The position numbers and the translations under genes were made by a program. The notes under the pieces are model-generated. The model had not been told where the DNA came from and made no database searches. It saw only the letters and a program-made list of their open reading frames with translations. Shown one piece after another: positions 10,822 to 22,144 of a DNA stretch of 64,000 nucleotides (the stretch's first letter is position 1; each line of letters opens with the position of its first letter). Source of the stretch: Clostridia bacterium (lineage in GTDB: Bacteria > Bacillota > Clostridia > Oscillospirales > CAG-272); NCBI GenBank assembly GCA_017504405.1, contig JAFVRG010000020.1, positions 41,881-105,880 of the forward strand, read 5' to 3'.

Positions 10822-11100
10822 ATGCAAACGGAAAACAGAGTAGAGAAAAGACACGATTTAATGATAAATTCACGCAAAAAAATCTCTCTTTCGGGAATTG
10901 TTTCGGTAAAGGGCTTTGACGACTGTGAGGTGCTCCTTGAAACCTGTATGGGCAGGCTGACGGTTGAGGGCAGGGATTTACGTGTCACACACCTCGCAGA
11001 GGATAGCGGCGAGGTGTGCATCGAGGGCACGGTGAACGCACTTTATTATTCGGATGCTTCCGAGAAAAAGGGTGGATTTTTCTCCCGTCTGACAAAGTAA
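10822..11100 (+). CDS. yabP: sporulation protein YabP
   Basis: YabP-like sequence (LSGIVSVKGFDDCEVLLETCMGRLTVEGRDLRVTHL). I moved the start to ATG 10822, which follows GGGAGG. Synteny with yabQ supports the call. Confidence 0.7.
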   Translation: MQTENRVEKRHDLMINSRKKISLSGIVSVKGFDDCEVLLETCMGRLTVEGRDLRVTHLAEDSGEVCIEGTVNALYYSDASEKKGGFFSRLTK

Positions 11101-11633
11101 TGGAGCTATCTATGATAGATATGGGCAGCTCTTTTTTGCTGTCCGTTTTATTAGGTGCATTTTTCGGCTTATGCTATGACCCCCTGCGGATATTGCGCAT
11201 TTTGCGCAGAGAAAAAAAGGGTGTTTTCTTCAAGGTGCTGACGGCTATCGAGGATTTTTTGCTCCTCTCGACCTATGGTGCCTTTTTTTCAATTTTCGTC
11301 TTTGCCGTAAACGACGGTGTTCTGCGTGGCTTTATGCTTTTAGGCACGCTTTTGGGCTTTTTGATTTATTATTTTACAGTCGGCAGGCTCGTGATGGCTG
11401 TCAGCGAGAGGATAATTTCCTTTGTCCGCAGGTCAGTGCGGTTTGTAGCAAGAATTTTGTACAAACCTCTGAAAATCACGCTTGTATTTGTCTATAATAA
11501 ATCCATACGGTTGCTTTTACGTCTTGTCCTAAAGGTGTATATTTATTTCATCTCTCTTCCGCTTGCAAGGCACAGGCTTCGCAGCGTAGCAACCGAGTGC
11601 AGAGAAATTGTGAAATGCGAGGCGCTTACATAA
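11100..11633 (+). CDS. yabQ: spore cortex biosynthesis protein YabQ-like membrane protein
   Basis: Multi-TM 177-aa protein. The ATG at 11100 overlaps the yabP stop by 1 nt (TAATG). The track's upstream extension from 11016 lies inside yabP. Confidence 0.55.
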   Translation: MELSMIDMGSSFLLSVLLGAFFGLCYDPLRILRILRREKKGVFFKVLTAIEDFLLLSTYGAFFSIFVFAVNDGVLRGFMLLGTLLGFLIYYFTVGRLVMAVSERIISFVRRSVRFVARILYKPLKITLVFVYNKSIRLLLRLVLKVYIYFISLPLARHRLRSVATECREIVKCEALT

Positions 11634-11672
11634 GGCTGTCAGAAAAACAAAAAAAGTGTCGAGAGGCAAGCA

Positions 11673-11701
11673 TTGACAATACGTGCGTAATATGTTAAAA
11701 T
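11673..11701 (+). promoter_or_regulatory. sigma-A type promoter for the glg operon
   Basis: TTGACA (11673-11678), a 17-nt spacer, then TGtTAAAAT with -10 at 11696-11701. Confidence 0.55.
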
Positions 11702-11728
11702 ATATAAAATACTATATTAGGTGGAAAT

Positions 11729-13639
11729 ATGAAAAGCAAGGATATGGGAGAGTACCTGTTTCATCAGGGTACGAATTTTGAGGCATATAAGCTCCTCGGC
11801 GCTCACGTAGCTGTTGGCGACGGGGGATATACCTATACCTTTTCCACCTGGGCGCCTAACGCCGCCGAGATTTCCTTAGTGGGTGATTTCTGCGATTGGA
11901 ATACGGGAATCGCTATGGAGCGCACAACGGGCGGCGGAATATTCAGAGCAACCGTAAAATCCGACGTCTCGCTTGAGGGGCAACGGTATAAATTCAAAAT
12001 CAGGGGAAAAAACGGAACTCATCTTAAGGGTGACCCGTACGCCTTTTCCTCTATGGGCGGAGCAGACGGCGCATCGCTGATTTGTCACGAGTCAGCATTT
12101 GAGTGGCAGGACGGTGCGTGGCTCGAATACAGAAAATCAACTGTATGCGAGAGCAAGGGTAAATATCTCGCAACGCCGATAAATATCTACGAGGTGCATC
12201 TCGCATCCTTTATGAGAAAAGAGGACGGCTCATATCTATCCTACAAGGAGCTTGCCGACACCCTCGTTCCTTACGCAAAATCTCTCGGATTTACACATAT
12301 CGAGCTTTTACCCATAACCGAATATCCGTATGACGGCTCGTGGGGCTATCAGGTGTGCGGATACTATGCGCCCACATCCCGCTTTGGCACGCCAGACGAT
12401 TTCCGTTATTTCGTAAATAAATGCCACACATCGGGTGTAGGACTTATCCTTGACTGGGTTCCCGCACATTTTCCGAAGGACGAGTGGGGACTTTATGAAT
12501 TCGACGGCTCGCCCCTCTACGAATATCAGGGTAAGGATAGGCAGGAGAGCCGTTCCTGGGGCACACGCTATTTTGACGTAGGCCGTGAGGAGGTACAGTC
12601 CTTCCTCATCTCAAACGCACTGTATTGGCTCGAACAGTTCCATATAGACGGCATACGTGTCGATGCGGTTGCCTCTATGATATATCTTGACTATGACAGA
12701 GAGCCGGGCGAGTGGGTTCCCAACGTGTACGGCAATAACAAAAACCTTGAGGCTATTGCATTTTTGCAGAAGCTCAATACGGCGGTATTTTCCCGTCACC
12801 CCGATGCTCTAATGATAGCGGAGGAATCAACCTCGTTTGGCGGTATAACGCATCCTGTCAGCGAGGGCGGACTCGGATTTAATCTCAAATGGAATATGGG
12901 CTTTGCCAACGATTTTTACGATTACGTTGCAACCGACCCTTATTTCAGGAAGGACCGCCACACGGCGCTCAATTTCCCGATAATGTACGCATTTGGCGAG
13001 AATTATATTATGCCTATATCTCACGACGAGGTGGTTCACGGCAAAAAATCCTTTGTCGATAAGATGTTCGGTCCGTATGAGGACAAGTTCTCGCAGATGC
13101 GAGCCGCTCTTATGCTCATAATGACCTATCCCGGCAAGAAGATGATGTTTATGGGTACGGAGTATGCGCAATTCCGTGAGTGGGATTTTTCCGATTCACT
13201 TGAATGGTTTATGCTCGATTATCCAAATCATGCCAATATGCGTGAATTTGTCGCATCGCTCAACCGTTACTACCTCAAAACCCCGTCACTTTGGGAGGAC
13301 GATTTCACCCCCGACGGCTTTGAGTGGATATATCCCGACGAGGCAGGGAATAATATGGTAGCCTATCGGCGTGTGTCGGCAGATGGGGAAAGGGTTACGG
13401 TAATTGCCAGCTTTTGCGGCAGACCGATTGAGTCCTTGCGTGTTCCTGTGAGCGAAAAGGGAACGTATATAAATGAATTTTCTACGGGAGAAGGCTTCTC
13501 AAAGCTCTACCGTTCAAAAAAAGATAAAAACGGCAATTATATTTCGGTAGACGTGCCGCGGTTCGGCGCAGTTATTCTTAAAAAATCAACCGCCAAAACG
13601 CCCGCCATGAAAAGAATGGAGGAAAGAGATGTATTTTAA
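11729..13639 (+). CDS. glgB: 1,4-alpha-glucan branching enzyme
   Basis: 636 aa with GH13 branching-enzyme regions [23 protein letters not shown] and [10 protein letters not shown]. Confidence 0.95.
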   Translation: MKSKDMGEYLFHQGTNFEAYKLLGAHVAVGDGGYTYTFSTWAPNAAEISLVGDFCDWNTGIAMERTTGGGIFRATVKSDVSLEGQRYKFKIRGKNGTHLKGDPYAFSSMGGADGASLICHESAFEWQDGAWLEYRKSTVCESKGKYLATPINIYEVHLASFMRKEDGSYLSYKELADTLVPYAKSLGFTHIELLPITEYPYDGSWGYQVCGYYAPTSRFGTPDDFRYFVNKCHTSGVGLILDWVPAHFPKDEWGLYEFDGSPLYEYQGKDRQESRSWGTRYFDVGREEVQSFLISNALYWLEQFHIDGIRVDAVASMIYLDYDREPGEWVPNVYGNNKNLEAIAFLQKLNTAVFSRHPDALMIAEESTSFGGITHPVSEGGLGFNLKWNMGFANDFYDYVATDPYFRKDRHTALNFPIMYAFGENYIMPISHDEVVHGKKSFVDKMFGPYEDKFSQMRAALMLIMTYPGKKMMFMGTEYAQFREWDFSDSLEWFMLDYPNHANMREFVASLNRYYLKTPSLWEDDFTPDGFEWIYPDEAGNNMVAYRRVSADGERVTVIASFCGRPIESLRVPVSEKGTYINEFSTGEGFSKLYRSKKDKNGNYISVDVPRFGAVILKKSTAKTPAMKRMEERDVF

Positions 13640-14789
13640 GAAGGAATGTATCGCAATGCTGCTCGCAGGAGGACAGGGCAGCCGACTCTATGAGCTGACA
13701 CAGCAGACGGCAAAGCCGGCAGTCAGCTTCGGAGGCAAGTACCGCATTATCGACTTCCCACTGTCAAACTGTATCAATTCGGGAATTGACACTGTGGGAG
13801 TGCTGACGCAGTATCAGCCCTTGGCGCTGAATGAATATATAGGAAACGGAGCGCCGTGGGACCTTGACCGTTCCCGTGGCGGACTCAGTGTTTTGCCTCC
13901 GTATCAGGGCAAAAAGACCTCTGATTGGTACAAGGGTACGGCTAACGCAATTTACCAGAATATCAATTTCATAAAGAGATACAATCCCGACTACGTGCTT
14001 ATCCTGTCGGGTGATCATATCTACAAAATGGATTATGCCAAGATGCTCTCGGCGCATAAGGAAACGGGTGCGGTGTGCACGGTTGCAACGATAACCGTTC
14101 CTATGGATGAGGCATCACGCTTCGGTATATGCAACACAAATTCCGACGGCAGTATATACGAATTTGAGGAGAAACCCAAAAATCCCAAGAACGATCAGGC
14201 GTCAATGGGAATATACATCTTCAATACCGACGTTCTGATAAAGTATCTTGAGGATGATGAGGCGGACGAGAGCTCCTCGAACGATTTCGGTAAGAACATA
14301 ATTCCCAACCTTCTCAAAAACGGAGAAAAGCTTTACGCCTACGGCTTTGAGGGCTATTGGAAGGATGTTGGAACCATAAAGAGCCTCTGGGAGGCAAATA
14401 TGGACCTCATAGGCGATAAGCCCACTCTGGATATAGGCGACCGTGAGTTCAGGATATATTCGAGAAACATTGCCCGTGCGCCGCAGTTTATAGGCTCGGA
14501 TGCAAGGGTTATAAACTCTATGATTTCCGAGGGCTCGATTATCAAGGGAGTGGTTGAAAATTCCATTCTCTCAGGCGGCGTTACTGTCGAGGAGGGCGCA
14601 ACCGTCCGTGACAGCATTATTATGGATGACGTTAAAATAGGCAAGGGCGCTGTCGTATCGTACAGCATTATAGACAGCGAAACCGAAATAGGCGAAAACG
14701 TTTCGGTAGGACAGCCAAAAAGCGATGGCGCAGAGATATGCGTTATTGCCAAGGGCAGTGTTATAACTGACAAGGGGGTAGGTGAGTGA
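13629..14789 (+). CDS. glgC: glucose-1-phosphate adenylyltransferase, catalytic subunit
   Basis: [14 protein letters not shown]...[25 protein letters not shown], plus a C-terminal left-handed beta-helix repeat region. Confidence 0.95.
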   Translation: MYFKKECIAMLLAGGQGSRLYELTQQTAKPAVSFGGKYRIIDFPLSNCINSGIDTVGVLTQYQPLALNEYIGNGAPWDLDRSRGGLSVLPPYQGKKTSDWYKGTANAIYQNINFIKRYNPDYVLILSGDHIYKMDYAKMLSAHKETGAVCTVATITVPMDEASRFGICNTNSDGSIYEFEEKPKNPKNDQASMGIYIFNTDVLIKYLEDDEADESSSNDFGKNIIPNLLKNGEKLYAYGFEGYWKDVGTIKSLWEANMDLIGDKPTLDIGDREFRIYSRNIARAPQFIGSDARVINSMISEGSIIKGVVENSILSGGVTVEEGATVRDSIIMDDVKIGKGAVVSYSIIDSETEIGENVSVGQPKSDGAEICVIAKGSVITDKGVGE

Positions 14790-15921
14790 TATGAACAATA
14801 CAGCAGGAATTATCTTTTCAAACCTTAACGACGACAATCTTTCCCGTCTTACTGTTGACAGAACGGTTGCCGCTATTCCCTTTGCGTGCAGATACAGGCT
14901 CGTTGACTTCAATCTCTCGAATATGGTTAACGCCAACATTTCCAATATAAGCATCGTTACAAACCGCAATTACCGCTCTCTCAAAAATCATATCGGAAGC
15001 GGTAAGGATTGGGATCTGGCACGTCGCTCGGGCGGTATTAACGTAGTATCGCCGTTCCAGAATTCCTCATCGGGGGCAAGGCTCTATACGGGACACCTCG
15101 AGGCTCTTAAAAGTATGTACGACGTAATTGCCGATTTTCACGAGGAAAACGTAGTGCTCGCTGACTGCGACACCATATTCAATATTGATTTGCGGTTGGC
15201 TATCTCCCAGCACGAGGATACCTCTGCCGACGTTACGGTGATTACGGCGAGATGCAAGGAAACGTGGACTTCAAAAACTCCCCGTATGCTTGTTAAAACA
15301 GACGAAAACAGCCGTGTTATAGATATGCTTCGCTCGGATAGATACAATGATGCAACGCCTGAGGTATCCCTCAACGTTTACGTTTTCAAGACCACCTATC
15401 TGCGTAAGCTTTTACAGGACAGTATGGCGAGAAATTATACGGGACTCACCCGTGACATTATGCTACGTGAGTACCGCCACGCAAGATATATGACCTACCG
15501 CTATGACGGATATATTGCGTATCTTTCAAGCTTCCGTGACTATTTCAACTCCTCTATGGAAATTCTCATAAATGAGAAGGCACGTCAGTCCCTGTTCGGT
15601 CTTGGCGCACGCCCTGTATATACCAACGTTCACAATTCCAGCCCTGCGGTATACAGGGACGGAGCGAAGGTGCGTGATTCTCTCATAGCAGACGGATGCG
15701 TTATTGAGGGCGAGGTCGAGAACTGCATTTTGTTCAGAAACGTTCACGTTGAAAAGGGCGCAGTGGTTAAAAATTCGGTTATCTTCCACGGCGGAATCGT
15801 GGGAGAGAACTCAAACGTCAACTGCGTTGTAGCCGACAAAAACGTAGTTATCGGCGACCATAGAAATTTGTCGGGACATTTTACAATGCCGTTCTTTATT
15901 GAGAAAAATAAGAGGGTTTGA
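14782..15921 (+). CDS. glgD: glucose-1-phosphate adenylyltransferase, GlgD regulatory subunit
   Basis: A paralog of glgC that lacks the GGxGxRL motif ([15 protein letters not shown]...[18 protein letters not shown]). ATG 14791 is an alternative to GTG 14782. Confidence 0.85.
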   Translation: MSDMNNTAGIIFSNLNDDNLSRLTVDRTVAAIPFACRYRLVDFNLSNMVNANISNISIVTNRNYRSLKNHIGSGKDWDLARRSGGINVVSPFQNSSSGARLYTGHLEALKSMYDVIADFHEENVVLADCDTIFNIDLRLAISQHEDTSADVTVITARCKETWTSKTPRMLVKTDENSRVIDMLRSDRYNDATPEVSLNVYVFKTTYLRKLLQDSMARNYTGLTRDIMLREYRHARYMTYRYDGYIAYLSSFRDYFNSSMEILINEKARQSLFGLGARPVYTNVHNSSPAVYRDGAKVRDSLIADGCVIEGEVENCILFRNVHVEKGAVVKNSVIFHGGIVGENSNVNCVVADKNVVIGDHRNLSGHFTMPFFIEKNKRV

Positions 15922-15924
15922 TTT

Positions 15925-17346
15925 ATGAAAATACTTTACGTAACCAGCGAGGTAACACCCTTTGCCGCCAGCGGCGGACTTGGCGATGTGCTCGGCGCTT
16001 TGCCGAGAACGGTTGCCGAGAGGGATGGCTATGAATGTGCGGTAATTTTACCGCTCTATTCGCAGATAAAGCCTGAATACAGGCAGATGATGAAAAAGGT
16101 TGATGAGTTCTACTTTTATCTCGGCTACCGCAGCCTTTATTGCGGAATATGGCAGATAGAGAAGGACGGGGTTACCTATTTCTTCGTTGACAACGAATAT
16201 TATTTCAAGCGTGACAAAATGTACGGTCAGTACGACGACGGCGAGCGTTTTGCGTATTTTTCCCGTGCGGTAATTGAGGTTATGGCGAGGGAAATCTTTT
16301 TGCCCGACATAATGCACGCAAACGACTGGCAGAGCGCCTGTGCTGTCGAGTATCTCAAGCTCAAATATGCAAGCCACCCGAAGCTCTCGGCTGTGAAGGC
16401 TGTGTATACCATTCACAACATTGAGTATCAGGGCAAATACGATATGGCTATCCTTGAAAACGTTTTTGATTTTGATTATTCCTTCAAAAACGTATTCGAG
16501 TTTGACGGCTGCATAAACCTTATGAAGGCGGCGATTGTCAGCTGTGACGTGCTCACGACCGTAAGCCCGAATTATGCAAAGGAGCTGAGAGAGCCGTTCT
16601 TCGCCTTCGGTCTGCACAACATAATCAGGGAAAACTCCTATAAAATGTGCGGAATAATCAACGGAATTGATACGGTATATTTCTCACCCGAAAACGGTGA
16701 CGATATAGAATACACATACAATGCCGACACCTTTATTGAGGGCAAGGCTAAAAACAAGCTTGCGCTTCAGCGTGAGCTTGGTCTTGAAGAAAATGCAGAT
16801 ATTCCCATGGCTGTTATGATTACAAGGCTTACGGCAGGCAAGGGAATAGATCTCGTCATTCATATCCTTGACGAGCTTTTAGAGCAGAATATGCAGTTCG
16901 TTATGCTCGGCACAGGCGAGTATTCATACGAGGAGATACTCTCACGCATTTGCGAGCGTCACAGAGATAAAGCACGTGCGCTTATAAAATTTGACAGAGT
17001 AATATCCAAGCATATGTATGCGGCGGCAGATATTTTCATAATGCCCTCAAAGAGCGAGCCCTGCGGGCTTGCGCAGATGACTGCGTGCAGATACGGCACA
17101 ATTCCCGTTGTGCGTGCGGTTGGCGGACTTGCTGACAGCATAGTGAATTACGGTCTTGACGGCTCTAACGGCTTCGTATTCGCAAACTTCAACGCACACG
17201 AGCTTCTGTTCAGGATTAAGGATGCGCTGTCGCTTTACGGCGTGAAGGAGGAGTGGAATGCCCTCGTAAAGCGTGCGATGACAACAGACTTTACATGGGA
17301 GAAATCTGCCCAGAAATACATTGAGATGTACGAAAAAATCAACTAA
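15925..17346 (+). CDS. glgA: glycogen synthase (ADP-glucose type)
   Basis: KILYVTSEVTPFAASGGLGDV N-terminus, with the C-terminal PSKSEPCGLAQM and GGLADS motifs. Confidence 0.95.
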   Translation: MKILYVTSEVTPFAASGGLGDVLGALPRTVAERDGYECAVILPLYSQIKPEYRQMMKKVDEFYFYLGYRSLYCGIWQIEKDGVTYFFVDNEYYFKRDKMYGQYDDGERFAYFSRAVIEVMAREIFLPDIMHANDWQSACAVEYLKLKYASHPKLSAVKAVYTIHNIEYQGKYDMAILENVFDFDYSFKNVFEFDGCINLMKAAIVSCDVLTTVSPNYAKELREPFFAFGLHNIIRENSYKMCGIINGIDTVYFSPENGDDIEYTYNADTFIEGKAKNKLALQRELGLEENADIPMAVMITRLTAGKGIDLVIHILDELLEQNMQFVMLGTGEYSYEEILSRICERHRDKARALIKFDRVISKHMYAAADIFIMPSKSEPCGLAQMTACRYGTIPVVRAVGGLADSIVNYGLDGSNGFVFANFNAHELLFRIKDALSLYGVKEEWNALVKRAMTTDFTWEKSAQKYIEMYEKIN

Positions 17347-17367
17347 AACCGAAAGAAACAGGATTAT

Positions 17368-19869
17368 ATGAGCAATACAAAGAAAACTACAGCAAAAACA
17401 ACGAAAAAGGAAACGGTAAAGCCTCTGGCAAATGCAGAGAATATGGCGGTGTCCGAGGCGGAGCTCAGAAAGAAAATAGAGAGCAAGCTGTATGCAAGAG
17501 GCGTCGGTGACCCCAAAAAAGCAACTGCGGAACAGCTTTACAATGCAACGGTTGCGGCACTCAAGGATATTATGATTGATGCCCGTGCCCGCTTTAACCG
17601 CAGAGTTGCCGCACAGGAGGGAAAGCGTGTGTGCTACCTCTGTATGGAATTTCTCGTCGGCAGACAGCTCAAAAACAACGTTATGCATATGGGTATGTAT
17701 GATACCCTCGATAAAATACTCAAGGGCTACGGCTCGTCCTTTGACGACATATATGCCTGCGAGGTAGACCCCGGACTCGGAAACGGAGGACTTGGCAGGC
17801 TTGCGGCTTGCTTTATGGATTCACTTACCTCTCTTGACTACGCCGCAAACGGCTATTCGCTCTGCTATGAAAACGGACTTTTCAAGCAGAAGCTGGTTGA
17901 CGGCGAGCAGGTAGAGCTTCCCGATACGTGGCTTCACAGCTCGGGCGCCTGGCTCGTGCCTCACCCCGAAAAAACTATTGATATACGCTTTGGCGGACAG
18001 ATAAGCGAGACGTGGGAAAACGGCGAGCTTCGTGTTACTCACACCGAGTATGACGAGGTAAAGGCTGTGCCGTACGATTTGCTTATCGTAGGACCCGACA
18101 CCACCACAGTTAACAGCATTCGCCTTTGGAAGGCGAAGGATGCAACCGCATCAATGGGCACCTACCACCGCACTCAGGGCGAGTATTTAAAGGCGTATGA
18201 GAAGAACAACAGCGCCGAGGAAATCACCCGTCAGCTTTATCCGCCCGACAATCACGACGAGGGAAAGCTCCTTCGTCTGACACAGCAGTATTTTCTGGTA
18301 TCCGCATCGCTTCAGAGCATAATCAGGGACTATTTTGCTACCAACGGCTCGCTTGCGGGCTTCGAAAACAAAATTGCCCTGCATATTAACGATACGCACC
18401 CTGCGCTCTGTATTCCCGAGCTTATGAGAATACTCATGGACGTGTATTCCTATTCGTGGGATGATGCGTGGAAGATTGTAACACGTACAGTAAGCTACAC
18501 CAACCATACAGTTCTTCCCGAGGCACTTGAATGCTGGAGAATTGATTTGTTCCGTGTCAAGCTGCCGAGAATTTTTGCGATAGTTTCAGAGATAAACCGC
18601 CGCTTCTGCGCCGACCTCTGGAATATGTATCCCGGAGATTGGGACAGAATTTCGAGAATGGCTGTCGTTGCATACGGTCAGGTAAAAATGGCAAACCTCT
18701 CGGTTGTCGGCTCGCACACGGTCAACGGTGTATCGCAGCTTCACAGCGATATTCTTAAAAAGACGGTTTTCCACGATTTCTACAAAATGTCACCGTGGAA
18801 ATTCACCAACGTCACAAACGGAGTTGTTCATAAGAGGTGGCTGTGTTACTCGAATCCTAAGCTTTCCGAGCTTCTCTGCGAGTGCATAGGCGACGGCTTT
18901 ATGAAAAACCCCTCCGAGCTCTCACGCTTTGAGGAATTTATAAATGACGAGAGCGTCCTTATGCGCCTTGCGGACATAAAGCGTCAGAATAAGGTACGCC
19001 TTGCGGAGTTTATCAAGGACAAAACGGGCGATATTATCAATCCCGACTCGGTCTTTGATATGCAGATTAAGAGACTTCACGAGTATAAGCGACAGCTTCT
19101 TAACGTGCTCAAAATCATATCAATTTACAACGAGATTTGCGATAATCCCAACGCAGATATAACGCCCGAAACATTTATTTTCGGTGCGAAGGCTGCGCCA
19201 GGCTACTATATGGCAAAGCGCATTATAAAGCTCATTTACTTCCTTGCACGTGAGCTTGATGCAAATCCTCTTACCAAGGGTAAAATAAAGATTGTCTTTG
19301 TTGAGGACTATAACGTGACAAAGGCTGAGGTGCTCATTCCCTCTGCGGATATCAGCGAGCAGATTTCCCTTGCGGGTAAAGAGGCGAGCGGAACGAGTAA
19401 TATGAAGCTGATGCTCAACGGCGCAATAACTATGGGTACGCTCGACGGAGCAAACGTTGAAATTCTTGATGCTGTCGGTGATCGGAATATCTATATATTC
19501 GGTCTTAACACCTACGAGGTTGACGAGCTGTGGCGTCACGGCTACAATTCCCGTGAATTTTACCACAATTCCGAGAGCATCAGGCGTGCGGTTGACCGCC
19601 TCAATTCAAGAATAGGCGGCGAGGATTTCTCGGATATTGCCGATTACCTCATTAACAGCGGTTACTCGGTTGCCGACCCGTATATGTGTCTTGCTGATTT
19701 CGGCTCATACAGATACACTCACGATAAGGCTATGGAGGACTACAAGGATACCCTTGAATGGCAGCGCCGTTCTCTCGTAAATATTGCGAGGGCAGGCAGA
19801 TTTGCCGCTGATAACAGCATAAGAACCTACGCAAACGAGATTTGGCATATCTCGCCTATAAACAAATAA
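17368..19869 (+). CDS. glgP: glycogen/maltodextrin phosphorylase
   Basis: 833 aa with the PLP-lysine region EASGTSNMKLMLNGA and GLGNGGLGRLAACF. Confidence 0.95.
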   Translation: MSNTKKTTAKTTKKETVKPLANAENMAVSEAELRKKIESKLYARGVGDPKKATAEQLYNATVAALKDIMIDARARFNRRVAAQEGKRVCYLCMEFLVGRQLKNNVMHMGMYDTLDKILKGYGSSFDDIYACEVDPGLGNGGLGRLAACFMDSLTSLDYAANGYSLCYENGLFKQKLVDGEQVELPDTWLHSSGAWLVPHPEKTIDIRFGGQISETWENGELRVTHTEYDEVKAVPYDLLIVGPDTTTVNSIRLWKAKDATASMGTYHRTQGEYLKAYEKNNSAEEITRQLYPPDNHDEGKLLRLTQQYFLVSASLQSIIRDYFATNGSLAGFENKIALHINDTHPALCIPELMRILMDVYSYSWDDAWKIVTRTVSYTNHTVLPEALECWRIDLFRVKLPRIFAIVSEINRRFCADLWNMYPGDWDRISRMAVVAYGQVKMANLSVVGSHTVNGVSQLHSDILKKTVFHDFYKMSPWKFTNVTNGVVHKRWLCYSNPKLSELLCECIGDGFMKNPSELSRFEEFINDESVLMRLADIKRQNKVRLAEFIKDKTGDIINPDSVFDMQIKRLHEYKRQLLNVLKIISIYNEICDNPNADITPETFIFGAKAAPGYYMAKRIIKLIYFLARELDANPLTKGKIKIVFVEDYNVTKAEVLIPSADISEQISLAGKEASGTSNMKLMLNGAITMGTLDGANVEILDAVGDRNIYIFGLNTYEVDELWRHGYNSREFYHNSESIRRAVDRLNSRIGGEDFSDIADYLINSGYSVADPYMCLADFGSYRYTHDKAMEDYKDTLEWQRRSLVNIARAGRFAADNSIRTYANEIWHISPINK

Positions 19870-19909
19870 TATTTCTCACCGCCCATAGCGGTGGGCAGAA
19901 GGAAAAACA

Positions 19910-21862
19910 TTGTCACAGCTTAGAATAAATAAGAGCAATGCGATGAACCCGAGAGGCAGGCTTTCCTTTACCGAAAACGGAAAGGAAACAAACGGTCGCC
20001 GTGCATTTTCGCACGGTGACCGCATCGGACTTTCGCTTTATCTGCCACGCTCGCTCGGAGCTGTTTCGGCTATCGCCCATCTGAAGAATGAACACACAGG
20101 TGATATAACCGAGTACGGCTTTCAATGGAGCGGAGCAGAGAGGGATTTTGATTTATATACATTAAGCTTCGACACGGCTGATTTGTCAGTACGCTCGGGG
20201 CTGTTTTTCCTGCGCATTGATATAGAATCCGTTTGCGGATATGTATGCGCACAAAGGGCAGAGGGGGATAGCGTAAGCTTTGCGCCCCTATGCGACAGCT
20301 CGCCATTTTCGCACCAGATAACCGTCAGCGATTTTGAGTATCCGCCCCCCGATTGGCTGAGAGGCGGAGTTATATACCACGTGTTTGTTGACAGGTTTTA
20401 CAGGGGCAAAGAAACCCCCGCCCGCCCCGACAGCATTATGCTGACCGATTGGGATAACGGTATTCCCGAGTATCCCGAATATCCCGGGGCGCACCTTGAA
20501 AATAACACATTTTTCGGCGGAAATCTATGGGGGGTTATAGATAAGCTCGATTATATCGCCTCGCTCGGCACACGGGCAATATACCTCAGCCCGATTTTCG
20601 AGGCGTATTCAAATCATAAGTACGATACGGGAAATTATATGAAGGTTGATGACGCCTTCGGCGGTGAGGAGGCGCTCTGCGCCCTTATTGCAGAGGCGAA
20701 AAAGCGTGGCATAGGAATAATCCTTGACGGCGTATTCAACCATACGGGCGCTGACAGTATTTATTTCAATAAATTCGGAAAATACGACTCCGTCGGCGCA
20801 TATCAGTCGAAGGATTCGCCGTATTACGGCTGGTTTGATTTTCAGTGGCACCCCTATAAATACACCTGTTGGTGGGATATCGACATTCTGCCGAGAATAA
20901 ATACCGCCGTGCCCGAGTGCCGTGAATATTTCCTCGGCAATAACGGAGTTATACGCCATTATGCAAAAATGGGTATTGCGGGTATGCGCCTTGACGTCGT
21001 TGACGAGCTCTCCGACGATTTCGTTTCGGGTATAAAGAGCGTGCTGGCAAGCGAGAACAGCGGCTCGGTGCTTTACGGCGAGGTCTGGGAGGATGCGTCC
21101 AACAAAATTGCATACGGCACACGCAAGAAATACTACCTCGGATGCGAGCTTGACGGCGTTATGAATTACCCCTATCGCACGGGCATAATAGATTATCTGC
21201 GGCAGGGGCGCACCGATACGCTTTCATACGCTCTCTCAGATGTTTTACCCAATATGCCGAAGCGCATAAGGGACTTGCAGATGAATCTGCTCGGAACTCA
21301 CGATACCGAGCGCATTATAACTGCGCTTGCCGCTCCGAATAGCGAGGGCAAAAGCAACGCCGAGCTATCGGTATTCCGAATGAATGAGGGCGATTACGCT
21401 CTCGGCATAAAGCGATTAAAGCTCGCCTATCTCATACTTTCAACCCTGCCGGGAATACCGACGGTTTACTACGGTGACGAGGTGGGAGTAGAGGGCTATA
21501 AGGATCCGTTTAACAGGACCCCGTACCCTTGGAATAAGCAGAATGAGGAGCTTCTTGACTTTTACAGACAAATGGGCAATATCAGAGCATCACGCTCGGT
21601 CTATGCAGACGGAGAATTTTCGCTGATTTGCCTTGACAGCGAATGTCTTGCCTTTTCCCGTGAGAAAAACGGCAGAGCATACGTTACATTAGTTAATAAT
21701 TCAAGCGCCCCCCTCTATGTTTTTGCAGATGGAGCGAGGGCAGAATGGGGAACGAAAATCAGAAAAGGTCGGGCGGTTATTGCCCCCCTTTCGGGAGCAA
21801 TAATATCTATACCCCTATCTCAAATAAGCAGCTTACGCCTGTCCTTTGAAAATGACGAATAA
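19910..21862 (+). CDS. GH13 alpha-amylase-family glycoside hydrolase (neopullulanase/cyclomaltodextrinase-like) with an N-terminal accessory domain
   Basis: All four GH13 conserved regions are present: DGVFNHTG, GMRLDVVDEL, GEVWED and LGTHDTER. The start is TTG at 19910; ATG 19943 is an alternative. Confidence 0.85.
   Translation: MSQLRINKSNAMNPRGRLSFTENGKETNGRRAFSHGDRIGLSLYLPRSLGAVSAIAHLKNEHTGDITEYGFQWSGAERDFDLYTLSFDTADLSVRSGLFFLRIDIESVCGYVCAQRAEGDSVSFAPLCDSSPFSHQITVSDFEYPPPDWLRGGVIYHVFVDRFYRGKETPARPDSIMLTDWDNGIPEYPEYPGAHLENNTFFGGNLWGVIDKLDYIASLGTRAIYLSPIFEAYSNHKYDTGNYMKVDDAFGGEEALCALIAEAKKRGIGIILDGVFNHTGADSIYFNKFGKYDSVGAYQSKDSPYYGWFDFQWHPYKYTCWWDIDILPRINTAVPECREYFLGNNGVIRHYAKMGIAGMRLDVVDELSDDFVSGIKSVLASENSGSVLYGEVWEDASNKIAYGTRKKYYLGCELDGVMNYPYRTGIIDYLRQGRTDTLSYALSDVLPNMPKRIRDLQMNLLGTHDTERIITALAAPNSEGKSNAELSVFRMNEGDYALGIKRLKLAYLILSTLPGIPTVYYGDEVGVEGYKDPFNRTPYPWNKQNEELLDFYRQMGNIRASRSVYADGEFSLICLDSECLAFSREKNGRAYVTLVNNSSAPLYVFADGARAEWGTKIRKGRAVIAPLSGAIISIPLSQISSLRLSFENDE
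21836..21862 (+). repeat. direct repeat copy A (the last 27 nt of the GH13 gene)
   Basis: cgcctgtcctttgaaaatgacgaataa. It matches 24196-24219 with 1 mismatch and one 3-nt indel. Confidence 0.8.
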
Positions 21863-21910
21863 AAAGCTTCTGAATAGGGCGGTCAGGGATTTTAATTGGA
21901 CAAAAGAAAA

Positions 21911-21940
21911 CCCGACTTGTGAAAAGTCGAGTTTTATTTT
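21911..21940 (+). terminator. intrinsic terminator downstream of the GH13 gene
   Basis: cccgactt / aagtcgag stem (one C.A mismatch), a 5-nt loop, then ttttatttt. Confidence 0.7.
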
Positions 21941-22035
21941 ATCGCACAAACTGTTTGAATTGTATTTTTTTTGAATACAATAAATTCACAGATGAATAAG
22001 AATTTGTCAAACCGACGCCCCGTTCAAATCAACTG

Positions 22036-22064
22036 TTGACAGAAAGAGAAAAATGTGATATAAT
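22036..22064 (+). promoter_or_regulatory. near-consensus sigma-A promoter for ktrBA
   Basis: TTGACA (22036-22041), a 17-nt spacer, then TGaTATAAT with -10 at 22059-22064. Confidence 0.7.
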
Positions 22065-22084
22065 TACAAAAAATGTTAATAATT

Positions 22085-22131
22085 AAGGAACCAGCTGACT
22101 GCAGAGGACGTTGGTTTCTTTGTGCTTTTTT
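22085..22131 (+). promoter_or_regulatory. 5'-leader stem-loop followed by a T-run, immediately upstream of the ktrB RBS
   Basis: An 11-bp stem (aaggaaccagc / gttggtttctt, two G.U pairs) with a 14-nt loop, then tgtgc and tttttt at 22126-22131. The RBS GAGGA is at 22132-22136. Confidence 0.4.
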
Positions 22132-22144
22132 GAGGAAAATCCTT

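Noticed and set aside
11655-11661. Spo0A-box-like TGTCGAG upstream of glgB
   Set aside because: It is a single 7-mer with one mismatch to TGTCGAA, which is expected by chance.
19876-19894. Hairpin between glgP and the GH13 gene as a terminator
   Set aside because: It is a 6-7 bp stem with no U-tract, 15 nt before the next start. It is more likely a neutral or stability element than a terminator.
21941-22144. Possible c-di-AMP (ydaO/yuaA-type) riboswitch upstream of ktrB
   Set aside because: A consensus promoter at 22036-22064 leaves only ~75 nt of leader, too short for the ~130-nt aptamer. I could not find the conserved pseudo-symmetric core.
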